Origin: Antedon mediterranea
Lineage: Eukaryota > Animalia > Echinodermata
NCBI RefSeq assembly: GCF_964355755.1
Contig: NC_092676.1
Coordinates: 11,075,888-11,139,887, forward strand
Direction of reading: 5' to 3'
Length of the DNA stretch: 64,000 nucleotides
Positions 62,809 through 64,000 of the stretch are shown piece by piece; within the stretch, counting starts at the first letter, position 1; each line of letters begins with the position of its first letter. Under the pieces are notes generated by a model. It was not told the DNA's origin, ran no database searches, and saw nothing but the letters and a program-made list of their open reading frames with translations. The position numbers and the translations under genes are program-made.

Positions 62809-63875
62809 GCGCCAGTATCAACTTTTAATTGTAAGTTATGCGTGCCTGGTCTGCCGTCAAGTTTTACTTTGAGATTTGCGAAAGCTTCGTCTCGGGGTTT
62901 CGGTCCGTCTTGGAAACAGAAACTGGATACTTGTATAGAGGAGAAAGAAAATGATTCAAATTGCGTATTCATGCAATCAGTATCGTTATCATCAGTATGC
63001 GTCTGTTCAGACTGTTCCAAATAATGTACATTTCTATTATATCCATAAGGGCGGTTGCGTTGGTATCCACCCCGTTGTCTTGGGGATTGACCCCGTCGGT
63101 AACGTTGGTGGTTTTGAGCATAATTAGTTCTATATTTTGGTCGACTACGATGATCTTTAAATTTACTGGTTAGACAAAACTTAGCCCAATGGCCATTCTT
63201 ACCACATGCTCTACATACGTCATCACGAGCAGGACAGTCCTGACGGTCTAAACGGTGATCTGTGCCACAATTCCTACATTTTTGTTGTTGGTAGAATAGT
63301 GATGAAACGTTAGCGATTTGTCCTTGCCCATGCATAGATTGTAGTTCACTTATATGGGCGGCGGAGGCTTCGTAACTCCGACCAAGTTTGAGCGCGTCTT
63401 GAACATTAAATCCTTTTGGTTTGTTCATTAGATCTTTCTGTAATTCCGGTATGGGAGTACTGGCAATTATCTGCTCTATCAATCGCTCATTCAATTCACT
63501 ATCGTTAAAATCACGTTTCAGAGCAAGCAATTTGCATCGGTTAATAAACTCATCCAACGACTCCCCTTGTTTTTGTGTGTATTTCCTTAGCTTCAATCGA
63601 CAAATACGAAAGTTTTCTGAAGGTTCTAATTGCTCAAGAAATTTCTTGAAAATAGTAGCTGGCTCCTTTCGCTGCTCTTCCGTTAATGTCCATGTATTAT
63701 ATCTGCGAAGACCTTCTTCGCCTACGGCAAGAAGTATCAAAGGGACTTGTCGATCTGCGTCTGTACCTTTGACTTGGAAATATAATTCAACACGTTGTTG
63801 AAATAACTTAAACGAATCTGCCGCATTTGGCGAGCTCCAATCAAAACGTGGAACGTGTTCAGTCATTGTTGACAC
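62809..63875 (-). CDS. Gypsy gag plus the N-terminal part of the protease
   Basis: 'Q.QGESLDEFINR', zinc knuckles 'CRNCGTDH..CPA...CRACGKNGHWAKFC', an Arg/Gln-rich tract, then 'LKVDTGA'. Confidence 0.92.
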
Positions 63876-64000
63876 GAGATATATACAATACCGGCTGTAC
63901 TACCGTGGTGGTATGCTGGCTGTGTTGTGTTTATTTCGGCCTAGCATGCACAGAAACGGCTATTAATTGTTGCGTTTTGTCTTCACTGGTTATGTTTAAA

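Larger units (their letters stand above)
57354..64000 (-). mobile_element. Ty3/Gypsy LTR retrotransposon, frameshifted; 5' end outside the window
   Basis: Domain order gag-PR-RT-RH-IN, polypurine tract and 3' LTR. Confidence 0.93.

Overview
AT-rich animal genomic DNA with spliceosomal introns. An invertebrate deuterostome such as an echinoderm is likely, inferred only from the repeat families and the GGCCTA-rich sequence. Two host genes are supported, both on the minus strand: a complete 9-coding-exon OATP/SLCO (SLCO4-like) transporter (49652-55924, 704 aa by my splice reconstruction) and the first coding exon of a secreted thrombospondin type-1 repeat protein (1346-1964). Most of the rest is nested mobile DNA whose junctions can be read to the base. 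(1) A BEL/Pao LTR retrotransposon (24393-37292, TSD TATAC) carrying a LINE in its 3' LTR, a hAT-type element at the end of its integrase and an inverted duplication around its protease. (2) A 5.2-kb foldback element with ~1.8-kb arms (15388-20592). (3) An Academ-like TIR element (38247-42985) carrying a SINE and a LINE. (4) A Gypsy element (57354 to the window end). There are also many LINE remnants, TTAA-flanked MITEs and Helitron/Helentron-like ends. The most striking observation is a 2150-bp non-coding element in the Gypsy protease (60659-62808). Its ends are heptamer-spacer-nonamer motifs, CACATTC-11-ACAAAAAGT and CACACTC-21-ACAAAAAGT, an asymmetric pair resembling V(D)J 12/23 recombination signal sequences. 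Second, paired repeat copies differ by GGCCTA or CAGTA micro-insertions at TA, which look like transposon excision footprints. All coordinates were counted by eye and no searches were run.
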